Position numbers and translations under genes: made by a program. Below are positions 38,357 through 51,291 of a stretch of 64,000 nucleotides of DNA, in pieces. Below the pieces are notes generated by a model. The model was not told where the DNA came from, did no database searches, and saw only the letters and a program-made list of their open reading frames with translations. The stretch lies in NCBI GenBank assembly GCA_951406725.2, contig OX597823.1, positions 54,808,001-54,872,000 of the forward strand, written 5' to 3'. Origin of the DNA: Octopus vulgaris. Its lineage: Eukaryota. Position 1 is the stretch's first letter, and each line of letters opens with the position of its first letter.

Positions 38357-39640
38357 TTAGGTTGTCAAGAAAGTTCTTGCGGAATTTTTAATTTTGGTTT
38401 TAAATGATGTATTTTGAAATTAATTTTCGTTAAATTACTTTGACTTTATATATCATTTTAAAGCCCGTTTTTCACTCTGTCTAATCGTTTTACTCTTTTT
38501 CTTTTTGAATAATTAGGCCATTTTGTCCGGAACGTTGAATACAACATGGAAAAAAAGCAAATTTGCACAATTTTCTTATTCCAGTTCAAGCTAGGTCGAA
38601 AAGCTGCTGAAACAGCTTGTGATATCAACGATGCATTTGACCCAAGAAACCACTAATGAATGTACAACACAATGGTCATTCAAGAAATTTCGTAGCGGTG
38701 ACAAGAGTCTTGTAGATGATAAGCGTAGTGGTTGGCCATCGGACGTTGACAACGATCAACTAAGAGCCTTAGTTGAAGCTAATCCACACACAACTGTTTG
38801 AGAGCATGTTTCTGAATTAGACATAACATATATGACAATTTCCAACCTCTTGAAAGAGAATGGAAAAACAAAAATACTTGAGAAATGGGTACTGCACAAA
38901 TTGAACGACAATAAAAAAAAAGCCGTTTTGCAGTGTTGTCTACCCTTCTTTTAATGCAACAAGAACGACCCATTTCTCGACTGGATTGTGACTTGCAAGG
39001 AAAAGTAGATTCTCTATGATAACCGGCAACACTCAGCTCAGTGGTTGGATGCTGACGAAGTTCCACGGCACTTCCCAAAGCCAAAGTTGCACCAAAAGAA
39101 GGTCATGGTGACTGGTGGTCTGTGGCTGGTCTCATCCATCACAGCTTTTTGGATCCAGGCAAAACCATTACAGCGGAGAAATACTGTCAGCAAATGGATG
39201 AAATGCATCAGAAACTCTGACAACAACAGCCAGCATTGGTCAATAGAAAAGGACCAATTCTTCTCCATGAAAATGCTCGGCTACATGTCACACAACTGAC
39301 CCTGCAGTAGTTGAATGAATTGGGCTATGAAACTCTGCCTCATCTGCCATACTCACCAGACCTCTCGCCTACCGACTACCACTTTTTCAAGCATCTCGAC
39401 ATCTTCCTGCATGAGAAATGCTTCAAAATCCAAGACAATGCCAAACATGCCTTCAACGGCTTCTTCACCACCAGAGCGCAGGATTTTTTACACTACTGGC
39501 ATAAATAAACTTGTTTCATGTTGGCAAAAATGTGTTGTTTCTGATGGTGTTTATTTCGATTAATAAAGTTTTGTTTGAGCCGAGATAAGTGCATCTGAAT
39601 TTAAAGGTTAAAAGCCGCAATAACTTTCTTGACAACCTAA
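38357..39640 (+). mobile_element. Full-length (1284 bp) mariner transposon with pseudogenised transposase (about 38546-39563)
   Basis: TIRs ttaggttgtcaagaaagtt / aactttcttgacaacctaa, TA duplication; WVLHKL, PKPKLHQKKVMVT, YSPDLSPTDYHFFKHL. Confidence 0.93.
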
Positions 39641-40416
39641 TAATAATTCTGTAACACCACCAGCTAATAATGGTCTCAAATGTTTGCACAGGGCCAACAT
39701 TTTTGAGGGTGGGGATATATCATTTAGATCAACTCTGGTGCTCAACTGGTACTTATTTTATTCACTCCGAAAGGATGAAAGGCAAAGTTGACCTTGATGG
39801 AATTTGAACTCAGAACAATGACAGAACAAATGCCACTAAGCATTTTGCCCAGCATGGTAATCATTTTGCCAGCTTGCCACCTTAGGATTTTGCCGAACAT
39901 GCTAATATTTCTGCCAGCTCACTGCCCCAATCCACCAACTAATAATAATAATGATAATAATCATAGCATGGCTCACGCTCATTCCAGAAAATAGTTCTGC
40001 TAGGCATACCTCACAATCTAAACAAGACACTTTCAATTCAATAGCACAACTGTCATTGCACATATTCAAATATTCTACACAATTATCACCTTATAATATA
40101 ACACAATCCACACGGAACATAATCTATAGAATCAGCACCCAGAAAAATAATGCAGCATATTCTTGCATAATCAACACCTGATATTATAACACATCCTACA
40201 TATCACCAACAACTCACATAAATCATATTCTGTACACAATTGCCACCTGAAAATATAACACAACCCAAATGGCATATATTCTTTATATTCTGCATAATCA
40301 TCACACAACGCTAAAACATGTAACACAACTGAAACAGCAGATATGAAATACAGTCATAAACCAATGAAATAGCAGAACTCACATACCGCGTATCTGTGCA
40401 AAAGAAGAAGCACTAA

Positions 40417-40779
40417 CCCTTTGAGTGCAGAAAGCAGATATATTTGCTCGTAATTTTATTACCGTTAAATGCAGAAAGTATTTTTACTCTACAGCTTTGA
40501 AAAAAAATTCTCCTTATGCTGTGAGAAGCAGAGACACTCGGGTGACACTTTTTATGAAAGGCAATTATTCAGATTTAAAAAACTTTTTCACATATTTCAT
40601 CAAATATTTCTTCATAAAGCAAGAATCAAATATTTTTAGTGGTGGATATGAAAGCCATATCTAAAGAAGATACTGAAAAAAGTATTGCTGAAGTAGAAAA
40701 TATCAATTCAAATTTTTTTGGTGGATAATTAAACATCATTACAGGAATGACTATGAAATTTAATTATGCAGTCAAAGGG
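40417..40779. mobile_element. piggyBac-like MITE
   Basis: Termini ccctttgagtgca / tgcagtcaaaggg with ctaa / ttaa flanks. Confidence 0.6.
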
Positions 40780-41526
40780 TTAAAATAACAGAAGCAAGCA
40801 ATAAAACAGATCTTACAATAAAATAAAACTGATGTAGTACACAATCTAATTCTACATCTCCAAAAGACAAAGCTGCGCAAGTGTCTTAGCAGCAACACTG
40901 AACTTCATGTGGTGCCGGTGTAGAAATGTGCATAAAATTGTTGAGAATATCATCATCACTGTCACCATCACCATCATCATCATGACCATTTAATGTCCAT
41001 TTTCCATGCTGGCATGGGTTGGATAGCTTGACAAGAGCTGGAAAGCCAAAGAACTGCACCAGGTTCCACTCGTCTGTTTCAGCATGGTTTCCATGGCCAG
41101 ATGCCCTTCTTAATACCAACCACTTTATAGAGTGTGCTGAGTGACTTTTACATGGCACCAGTATAGGCACTTTGCATGTGGCACCAGCATGGATGCTTTC
41201 TACGTGGCACCAGCATGGGTGCTTTTTACATGGAACCAGTGGGAGTGTATATTACTTTTACATGGCATTTCTAATTTAGGTGCAAGGCCAGCAATTTTAG
41301 GTGGAATGGTTTGTTGATATCAAAGTACCAGTCTAGACCCTGGCACTAGACTGATCGCTGATCATGTATGGAAAAATGGAGACCATCTCCCCTTGTGGGA
41401 TGAAATTAAAATAATAGACAGAGAGCACCACTGGAAAATACAAAAACTAAAAGAAGCAGCACATATGCTAGGACATAACAACTTCCTAAGCAGACTGAGT
41501 GCAGATATGAGCAGCAAATTGCCCAC

Positions 41527-41600
41527 GGGCATATGGCATAGTGGTTAAGAGTGCGGGCTACTAACCCCAAGATTCCGAGTTCGATTCTAAGCAGTAACCT
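41527..41600 (+). promoter_or_regulatory. tRNA-derived Pol III internal promoter (not an intact tRNA)
   Basis: A box tggcatagtgg 41534-41544, anticodon-like arm ggg-ctactaa-ccc, B box gagttcgattc 41577-41587; acceptor stem does not pair well. Confidence 0.7.
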
Positions 41601-41666
41601 GAACAATAATAATAATAACATTGAAAATATCATAAGAACGAGAACCCAGGTTCAAAATTTCCCCAT

Positions 41667-41710
41667 GACACCTGAAGAAGGCTGGAGGGTATATCAGCCG
41701 AAACGTGTTA
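41667..41710 (+). ncRNA. Minimal hammerhead ribozyme, cleavage-site region slightly damaged
   Basis: gacac-CTGAAGA-a-GGCTG-gagggtatat-CAGCC-GAAA-cgtgtt; stem III and stem I' overlap, suggesting a small deletion in this copy. Confidence 0.6.
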
Positions 41711-41771
41711 GCAACAAACAAGATGGGGACAAACATCTGTTGAATGTAAATAATGTAAATAATGTAAGTAA

Positions 41772-42750
41772 TAGACTGATACTTTGTTTTACAAACCCTG
41801 GAGGAACAAAAGGCAGAGTGATCTTAGAATGATTCGAACCCAGCATGTAAAGAACTAGCAAAAATATTGCTAGGCACTGTTGCCTATGTGTTAATGGTTC
41901 AGTCAATTCATTGCTTTAATCGTTTCTAATTTTGGAACAAGATCAGTAATTTTGAGGGAAGAATTAGTTAATAACATTAAGTGCACTACTCAAATGATAC
42001 TTCATTTTTTTTTTATCCTGAGAGGATGAAAAGCAAAACTGACTTTGGCTTGATTTGAACTCAGAACAAACAGCTGGAAAAAAGATGGGAAAGCATTTTG
42101 TCTGATGCTCTAATGTTTCTGCCAATCCATCACCCTTAATATTGGTTTCATATTTTGGCACAAGACCAGCATTTTATCGGGGGTGGGCGCAAGTCAGTTA
42201 CATCGACCCCAAGGCTTAAATAGTACTTACTTTATCAATCCTGAAAGGATGAAAGGCAAAGTTGACCCCAACAATATTTGAACTCAGAACTTAAAGTTGA
42301 AAGAAATGCCACTAAGTATTTTCTCTGGTTTGGTCACAGCTCTGCCGGCTCGCCATCTTCATCACCCTTAATGTTTGGACCTAACATAAGTAGAAGGTCA
42401 GAAATTTGGGGTTAAGGAAAGCTAGTTAAACTAATCTCAGATGTTGTGTGGCACTCGTTATTTTATTGACCCAGAAAGATTGAAAGTGCAAAGATGAACT
42501 TGGCAGGATTTGAACTCACAACATAACACTGCAACTATTGTGCCAATCCAATACTCTTATTATCTATCAATAATTGTTTCTAATCTAGGCACAAGGCTTG
42601 AAAGATTTGTGGAGAAAAAGAATGGGTTATATTAACCCCAGTACTTGATTGTACCATATTTTATTAATCCTTGAGAGATAAAAGGTAAAGTTGATCTCTG
42701 CAGGATCTGAACTGAAAACATAAAGACCTGTAACTAAATACTACAAGAAC
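41772..42750 (-). mobile_element. Head-to-tail cluster of about five decayed Nin-domain SINEs
   Basis: Variants of gaaaggatgaaaggcaaagttgac..atttgaactcagaac recur about every 220-240 bp. Confidence 0.75.
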
Positions 42751-43864
42751 GAGTGAGAAGACATTGCAGAATCAATTATGAGAAAAACTCTTTATAGAGA
42801 ACAAAAGTATACCAAAGGAATGAAAAGAAACATCTGAATAGGGTACTGTCACCTAGGGCCTATCAAGGAATCCCTAGAGATCAAAGAAATCCTGACTGCC
42901 AAGGGCAAATGCTCTCTCTCTCTGCTGTGTTCTCTGGTTTAATGGTATCTCTTGAGAGTAGGCCCACTTGAGGCATTCTCACTACACTTACCAACTTCCC
43001 AGCAAAATCATCAGAGAGCATCACCTCCTCCTCCACATTTACTTTCCTCTCTATGAGGCACTTGAAGTTAATGAAGGTTTTCAGCCCTTTTAATATTGTT
43101 TACTGAACTGTCACTTTCTCCAGAGTTACGAGATAAAGGAAAATGTCTTTCAGTTTTTGGCTTAAGGAAATTGAAAGAGCAATCTTCAAAATGGATTTAA
43201 CTGACAACTTGAAGCATTCTTGAAGCAACAGTAACTTCAACATAATTCTGCAAATCAGTAATGCTCGAACACTGAATGAGTATCTGCAGAATGTTTTCCT
43301 CTCCCTGCATGCATCTTTGAACGTGTACTTTTCTCTATATGGGTACTCTTCTCTTCCAGGTTGCAAGTAAGGTGCATTTCATCAAACTGCAATGTGAATC
43401 TGTCCCACATTAGCTTCAGTAGGTATCCAATTTCATTGCATCTCTAACATCAATGTAGTTAAGTGGTCGATGTACATTATTCTGATGCAAGTGGTTATTG
43501 TACACTATTCTTTCGAAAGTATAACATCTGATATATAATATCTATTGTTCAGCATGATAGCAGTGACCAGTTATAAAGGCACAAAATCACAAATAAGTTA
43601 AATAGGCATAAGGGTATCATTGCTTGAATAAACTCAAATACTTGATTGTAATTTGTTTGATAGTCCCTGGAAAATGAATAATGATTCATAATATTATTTA
43701 TGATCTAGTTATATTACTATTTATAATATTATTTATAATATAATTCATGAGATGAAGTAGTGGGAATATAGCCCTGTCACAGTAGTAGAAAATAAAGACA
43801 TCATCATTCTTTGAAACTTTAGAATTCAAACTGATCCATTTATTCAGGTTATAAACTAGATATT

Positions 43865-44144
43865 CTGTTGTGTCTGGGGAGAATCATTTTCTTTTTGTGC
43901 CTTATAATGTAACACACGCACCAGTAAAATTTTCACTTTTTTCTTATTTTTATTTTTATTTTCCTAAAATTTCGCTGTGTCTTGCAACCTTTTCAATAGT
44001 CTTGACTCTGTCCATTATTTACACTGTGTGAGTGTGTTACATTATAAGGCATAAAAAGAAAATGACTCTCTCCAGACACAACAGAATATGCTTCAACACA
44101 CAAACTCATCTTGTAAAGTATCTTGCAAACCAAATCCAAAAACG
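43865..44144. mobile_element. Penelope-like short insertion with partial inversion
   Basis: 12-bp TSD aaactagatatt at 43853-43864 and 44145-44156; same family as 23345-23562; interrupts a decayed RLE-LINE fragment (about 43750-44450). Confidence 0.75.
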
Positions 44145-44464
44145 AAACTAGATATTGTTGGGTGAAAATCACATTTACAAAACATGTTTGCTCACAGTTA
44201 TGACAAACCTAGCTGACTGCAGTACCTCTGTGAAAATGCTTGAAAAATTAAATAAATTCAAGGATCTTGAAATACATCTTAAAAATGCAGCATCTTAGAA
44301 TGACAGCTGTACCTGTGATAGTTAGAGCTCTGGAGATAATACCAAAAAGTACTCTTAAATGTTATAGCCAAGTATCAAGAAACCCAAAAGTAACAGAACA
44401 ACAAAAAATTGTACTCCTCCATCCAGAGTAAAACACTGTCACCATGATTGTCATATCTGTGAGC

Positions 44465-45310
44465 AAACTTTCTTGAAATGAGAATGCATGGACAGTTTCA
44501 AAGAAATACACAAGATGTTAAGGATAATACAGCAGTGTGGACATGGCTTGAGTGAGGTGATTTGAAGCATACCATCAAAAACTTGATCCTTGCTGCAAAA
44601 GACCAGGCTCTCGCTACCAGTTCAATGAAGTATCACATCTATAAAACTTCTGACACTCAGAAATGAAGAATCTGTAGAAAAAGTGTGGAAAATGTAACCC
44701 ACTTGGTAAGTGGAGGTGAGGGCCTTGCACAAAAAGAATACAAATGTCGCCACGATAAAGTGTGTGTGTATCTTCATTGGCTCTTATGCTGTAAATACCA
44801 ATATGAAATATCAGAGAACTGGTATGAGTATGTACCAAGTAAAGTTATGCAGGAGGATGGAATAGTAACGATACTCTGGGACTATGATTTTCAGATGGAT
44901 CAACACCGTTGACTGGATATTGTCATATTGAATAAGAGACACAAATACTGTCAGATCATTGATGTAGCCATAGTAAATGACAGGAATGTTGTGAGTAAAG
45001 AGGTTGAAAAAATCACCAAGTACTCCAAATTGAAAGTGGAAATGGCAAGACTGTATGGAATGCAAGAGTGTAATGTAAAAGTGATACCAGGGGTGTTCGG
45101 AGCATTGGACTCAATCCCATTGAAACTTCAAGACTTCTTAAGGCAACTGGAAATTCCATGCAAGATTGACTTCTTACAAAAAGCACTGTATTGGGCACGG
45201 TGCACATCTTAAGGAAAGTATTATCTATCTAAGGTCCTTGTGACTTGACAAATGACTAAAGATTCCGGTGCATTTTTACCTACACTGTTACGAAGGAATA
45301 ATAATACTAA
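44465..45310 (+). mobile_element. Second, shorter copy of the R4/Dong-like LINE
   Basis: Closely matches 36525-37301 (CRHDKVCVYLHWLLC, IIDVAIVND, same 3' UTR and TAA tail). Confidence 0.88.
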
Positions 45311-47612
45311 TAATTATGATGATGATGACAATGATAATGATAATGCTGATGGTGATGATAACAATAGAACAATCATCAAACACGACATACACTTGATGCA
45401 ATAAGCACCTAATAATCTAAAACAATACAACTCCTGCAACATATATTATACAATATGAAAATTCTATAAAATAGCACAACTTACATTACTCACACCACAC
45501 ACAATGGAACAAGCACTCATATAACATGAACCAAGTCCTCAAAAAATATCCTCACTAATACAGTACACCAACAGGAGGAATCTAAGCTCTATTCTCCTCC
45601 ATGCAATATTCACAGAATTAAGAATACATTACTGCACACACTTCAGGAACACAGAGGGACACCAGGAAGTACTATAGAAATTTGCATGGAATAGCTGAAG
45701 AAAAAAAAAATAATGCTACTTTCTTTTCCTGACTGCAAGAGTTCAAGACATTGACAGTACTATGACATAATACAAAAGAAAAGAAATAAAGTGTGGGGAA
45801 TTTACACCAAGAAAATATGTGATGTCGACAAACTTGTATTGATGATTTTTGGTAGAAAAACTAAAACTATTAATCATCATCATTTAATGTCCACTTATAT
45901 GCGCTTGCTTGGGTCAGATGGGACTTGTTGAGGTAGATTTTCTATGACTTGATGTCAATCCTGTTGCCAAATCACACTTGTTTCCAAGCCAGGTAATATT
46001 TCCCTATAGTTAATCATGTTTTTCCATGGAAGACTGGAAACAAACATAGAAATTCCCACCAACAGATTCATCTAGTAACACATAAATAGACATATGGACA
46101 GACTTCTGGGAAAACACATGACGCACATGGACTATTATCCATGGGAAGGGATGAGGATACTCAGAGAGAGTTCTATGAAACATGTGGAGAAATACCAAAA
46201 GGAATGCATCAAGAGACATGGAAAGAAGCATGGAAATACATGGAGTAATTTTTATAGGAAACATGCCAGGAGACTCATGGGGAGATCCTTAGCAATACAG
46301 AGAGTAACAGTTGGAAAGTTTTACATGGAGAGAAACACCCAAACATGGGAACACAAAGGAAGACACGTGAGAATGAGAGATACATAAAAGAACATGTAGA
46401 GAGAGACAAATGAAGTTTACATATGAAAATTTGTTTTGAGCTGAATTGTTATATATGTAGAAATCAATGTGGAAACATGTGGCAAAGAAGAGTCTCATGT
46501 CAAAACTAATATGTTGTCATAAAAGTTTAGAATGATAAGCATTATTCTTGCCAAAATGCGTCTTCTAAAATAGTCTTGTCTGCCAGTAGACATATTAAAC
46601 TAAACTGTCATTAAAATCAGGATTAACTTGGTTGAATATAATATTTGTTCTGAGAGAAAACAAATAACATCTTCATTTTCATAATTTGACTGGCATTCCA
46701 GCTGTGTCTATTCCACCTTACTATTTTTACCATAAAATTGTTAGAGAGTCGGGTAAAGTATCTGCAGTATTTAGTTATGTGTGCTTACTTTCAGAGTTCA
46801 AATCTCACCAAATCTGCCTTTCATTCTTTCAGGATTGATCAGTTAAATGCTGGTAGTGTTTTGATATCTTGACCCATATGGTGGTAAACTAGTGGAATTG
46901 TTAACACACTGGGCAAAATGCTTAGTGGTGTTTCATCTCTCTTTTACTCTTTTACTTGTTTCAGTCATTTGACTGTGGCCATGCTGGAGCATGCCTTTAG
47001 TCGAGCAAATCAACACCAGGACTTATTCTTTGTAAGCCTAGTACTTATTCTATCAGTCCCTTTTGCTGAACTGCTAAGTTACAGGGACGTAAACACACCA
47101 GCATTGGTTGTCAAGCGATGTTGGGGGGGACAAATACAGACTTACAAACATACATACACACATACATATATATATATATATATGGGCTTCTTTTAGTCTC
47201 CGTCTAACAAATCCACTTTGGTCAGCCTGAGGTTATAGAAGAAGACACTTGCCCAAGGTGCCACACACTGGGACTGAACCTGGAACCATGTGGTTGGTAA
47301 GCAAGCTACTTATAACACAGCCACTCCTGTCCAGGTTCTGATTTCAAATTCTGTTGAGGTCGACTTTGCCTTTCATCCTTTCAGGGTCGATAGAATAAAT
47401 ATCAGTTGAATTGATGTAACTGACTTGTCCCCTTCCTGAAATTGCTAGCCTTGTGCCGAAATCTGAAACCAATATTCTTATTTTACAAAGCATGCATGGG
47501 CAACATTTTTTAAGAAGTAGGCTGCATGAGACATGACTCATCATCAAATGGGCTGCACTGCTAAAAAGAGTCCAAGGTGCGCCATTTAGAAAGTCCCACA
47601 GGCCACAATGTG

Positions 47613-48095
47613 GAGGCATATGGCTTAGTGGTTAGAGTGTTGGACTCATAATTGTAACATTGTGGGTTCATCTCCTGGACCAGGAAATGCATTGTGTTCT
47701 TGAGCAAAACACTTCACTTCACATTGCTCCAGTCTACTCAGCTGACAAAAATGAGTAATCTTGCAACAAACCGGTGTCTTATCCAAGTAGGGAATTTATA
47801 TGCCATGCCATGAAACCAGGAAACCAGCCCCTATGAGTCAGCATGACTCGAGAAGGTAAATTTACCTTTTTGTGGTGGTGTGTAGCTTAGTGGTTAGAGT
47901 GCTGGACTCATGATCATAGGATTGTGGTTTTGATTCCAAGACTGGGTGATGTGTTGTGTTCTTGAGCAAAACACTTCATTTCACATTATCCTAGTCCACT
48001 CAGCTGGCAAAAAATGAGTAACCCTGCAATGCTATGAAATCAGGAAACCGGCCCTTATGAGTCAGCAAAACTCAGAAGATAACTTTATCTTTTAA
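47613..48095 (+). mobile_element. Two tandem copies of a third tRNA-derived SINE family
   Basis: tggcttagtggttagagtg..ttgtgttcttgagcaaaacacttcatttcac..; other copies near 9285, 19020, 33930, 61860 and 63490. Confidence 0.8.
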
Positions 48096-48894
48096 TCTAA
48101 CAGGCCACAATTTGTCCATGATTGCTATAATGAATAAAGTAAATGGAATTATAATAGGAGAATAAGAATATCTGGAACTGAATTTTCCATTGTATTCTTG
48201 GATTTTCTATATATATCTTATCATTGATCTTTACTTGTTTCAGTCATTAGACTGTGACCATGCTGGGGCACTGCTTTGAAGAATATTAGTTGAGCAAATC
48301 AACCACGGTACCTTTTTTTTTTTAAAGCTTGGTAACATATTCTATGGGTATCATTTACTGAACTGCTAAGTTACTGGGACTTAAACACACCAACACCAGT
48401 TGTCAAGAGATAGTGGAGGACATACACAGACACACACACACACACACACACACGCAGAAAATATAATTTTTCACCTGTAATATAAATCCACAATTCTTCC
48501 ACCTGTAACTAGTTTGATAAGAGTGAATGAAAGAAACTTTAGGCCCTTGAATCACTCTGTTGCTTCAACTAAATATTGATGAATACAAACACACACGCAC
48601 ACACACACCACACACACATATATAAATGTATGGGTTTTCAACTCTTATTTTTAAACAATATAGGTGCTACCTGGCACCCTTAGTCATAATTAGTGACAAT
48701 TCAAGTTTTCCTTTTTGGTTTTATATTGCGTATAACTGCCTTTGTTATATATATATATGTATACACACACACACACACAACAGGTTTTCGTTCAGTTTCT
48801 GTCAACCAAAACCACATACAAGGCTTTGACCAGCCTGTGGCTATAGTAGAAGACACTTGCCCAAAGTGCCAAACAGTGGGATTGGAACCATCAC

Positions 48895-49114
48895 TCTGAA
48901 AGCAAGGATTATGGCAGCATTCACCAACTTAAACAAGGAGACTGTCCAGAAGAGTTGCAGGAGATTCTGAAATCATGTGGACACCGTAGTTAAAGGCAAA
49001 GGCGATTTTATTGAATAAATTTACACTTTAGTATTTCAAGATATTTTAATGTAATTTTGGTAAATATATGTTAAAATGAGATGTCAGTGTTATTTGCATT
49101 TTTGTGTAATTTCG

Positions 49115-49115
<1 letters not shown>
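48895..49115 (+). mobile_element. Tc1/mariner transposase C-terminal fragment
   Basis: LKARIMAAFTNLNKETVQKSCRRF*NHVDTVVKGKGDFIE*. Confidence 0.7.
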
Positions 49116-49160
<45 letters not shown>

Positions 49161-49168
<8 letters not shown>

Positions 49169-49393
49169 CCCGAAAGTAGGATTACAGTTACCACATAGGC
49201 ACTTTAAACTTTTATAACATTTTATTTTATTTAAATTTCTATCTTAGAAACTGAAAAGGGAGCTTGATAAAATTAACTAAATTACCATAGAATAATGGTT
49301 TCATAAATTTTTTTATAATTAGGACCTAAACTTTTAATAAATGATTGCGAAAGAGATAGTTGAACAACTGTAGACCTACTTTGGGCCACGCTG
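49161..49393. mobile_element. Tc1/mariner-type MITE in (TA)n
   Basis: TIRs agggtagcccgaaagtaggattacagtt / aactgtagacctactttgggccacgctg. Confidence 0.75.
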
Positions 49394-49439
49394 TATATAT
49401 ATATGCATATATATATGTATATATATATATATGCATATA

Positions 49440-49538
<99 letters not shown>

Positions 49539-49914
49539 TCATCATCATCATCATCATCGTTTAGTGTCCGTTTTCCATGCTAGCATGGGTTGGACGGTTC
49601 TACTGGGGTCTGTGAAGCCAGAAGGCTTCATCAGGCCCAGACAAATCTGGCAGTGTTTCTACGGCTGGATGCCCTTCCTAACGCCAACCACTCCGAGAGT
49701 GTAGTGGGTGCTTTTTACGTGCCACCCATATATATATATATATATATGCATACATATTAATATATATATGTGTGTGTGTGTGTGTGTGCATTAATATTAA
49801 TACACACACATATATGTATACATACCTATCTATATTAACAGATAATAAATCAAATGGAACGCACCTGGTATATATATATATGCACACACACACACATATC
49901 TATATACATTCATA

Positions 49915-49962
<48 letters not shown>

Positions 49963-50375
49963 GGGTGTGAAATCACTTGCTTTATAGGTTTGTATATACG
50001 TTAGCAAATTCAACATGAACTGCATAAAGGACTCAATACTGGAGTACCGACTTCACTCAAAATATTATTTACCATCAATGGAGACTGTCTACTTTGATGT
50101 TCTGCTGATACTAACTTCTCAAAACCGTGTTCAGTAAGAAGAACTGCCAATTTAATTGAACATAATACACCACCAACTTGATTCCACACAAGATATAAAG
50201 CGTTCCTCCCTTCATCCCCCTCCACCACTCATGTATTTATGTTCTACTTACATCTGTTTGATTTTGTTCTTGTGATCTTTATTCTTTAATTCTTCACTTT
50301 ACTTCTTCAATTGATTGCCGTTATTTTGTATGTGTATATATAGAAAAATATTTCAAATACATATGGGTCTGTCTG

Positions 50376-50450
<75 letters not shown>

Positions 50451-50453
50451 CTT

Positions 50454-50490
<37 letters not shown>

Positions 50491-50541
50491 CTTTCTCTCT
50501 CTCTCTTTTTATGTATGCCCGCATGCCTGTATGTATGTATG

Positions 50542-50572
<31 letters not shown>

Positions 50573-51246
50573 GTATGTATGTATGTATGTATGTATGTAT
50601 GTATGTATGTATGTATGTATGTATGAATCTCTTTTTCTGTCTCTGTCTGTCTCTCTGTCTCTGTCTGTCTCTGTCTGTCTCTCTTTGTCACTGTCTATCT
50701 GCCAGCCTGTCACTATATATGTAGATGTATATACCTATACATATTTAGAAAATATATGCATATATGCACACACATACATACACACACACACACAGATACA
50801 TGTGTGTGTGTGTGTGCATGTATTTTTTCGTCTAAGTATTCATATATATTTGTAAATAATATGTATTTCTATAAATCGTATATTTATACAGATACTTTTT
50901 ATGTTTCTAGATGTTTGTGTACACTTTTGTAAGAACAGGATTTTTTTTTTTAAAGACAACATCAGACTTGTAAGACTTGACATTATGTTCTAAATTACTA
51001 TTAACTAGTGAACTCATACCATAAAAAATGATGACAGCTTTATTAATTATAGACAATGTGTCACATTATGAAAAGAAAAGTTTCTTTTCACTATCATGTT
51101 TGTTACTAATACATATACATTGTATATATCACATGGCTTATTTTTAAAAACAAAAAGGAAAAGCCAGCTAATACAAACAAAATGCCAAAAGTGCTTACAT
51201 TCATATAGATATACATATAAATGAAGAAATAAATAGAAACACGCAC

Positions 51247-51286
<40 letters not shown>

Positions 51287-51291
<5 letters not shown>

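Larger units (their letters stand above)
41356..41771 (+). mobile_element. 5'-truncated Penelope-like element: GIY-YIG endonuclease tail, tRNA-derived segment, hammerhead
   Basis: ADHVWKNGDHLPLWDEIKIIDREHHWKIQKLKEAAHML resembles PLE GIY-YIG C-termini; 9-bp TSD tagactgat at 41347-41355 and 41772-41780; interrupts a SINE. Confidence 0.75.

Noticed and set aside
41527-41600. Functional tRNA gene
   Set aside because: A and B boxes are present but the acceptor and T stems pair poorly, there is no terminator, and it lies inside a TSD-bounded element.
42985-43090. Candidate upstream RhoGAP exon ending at a gtaag donor
   Set aside because: Translation has no RhoGAP similarity and resembles the decayed LINE fragment at 14680-14965.
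48495-48580. Minus-strand ttgaagc..agagtga/tcactct..aaactagtta as a hammerhead
   Set aside because: Core deviates at A9 and G12 and stem I is poor; too decayed to call.
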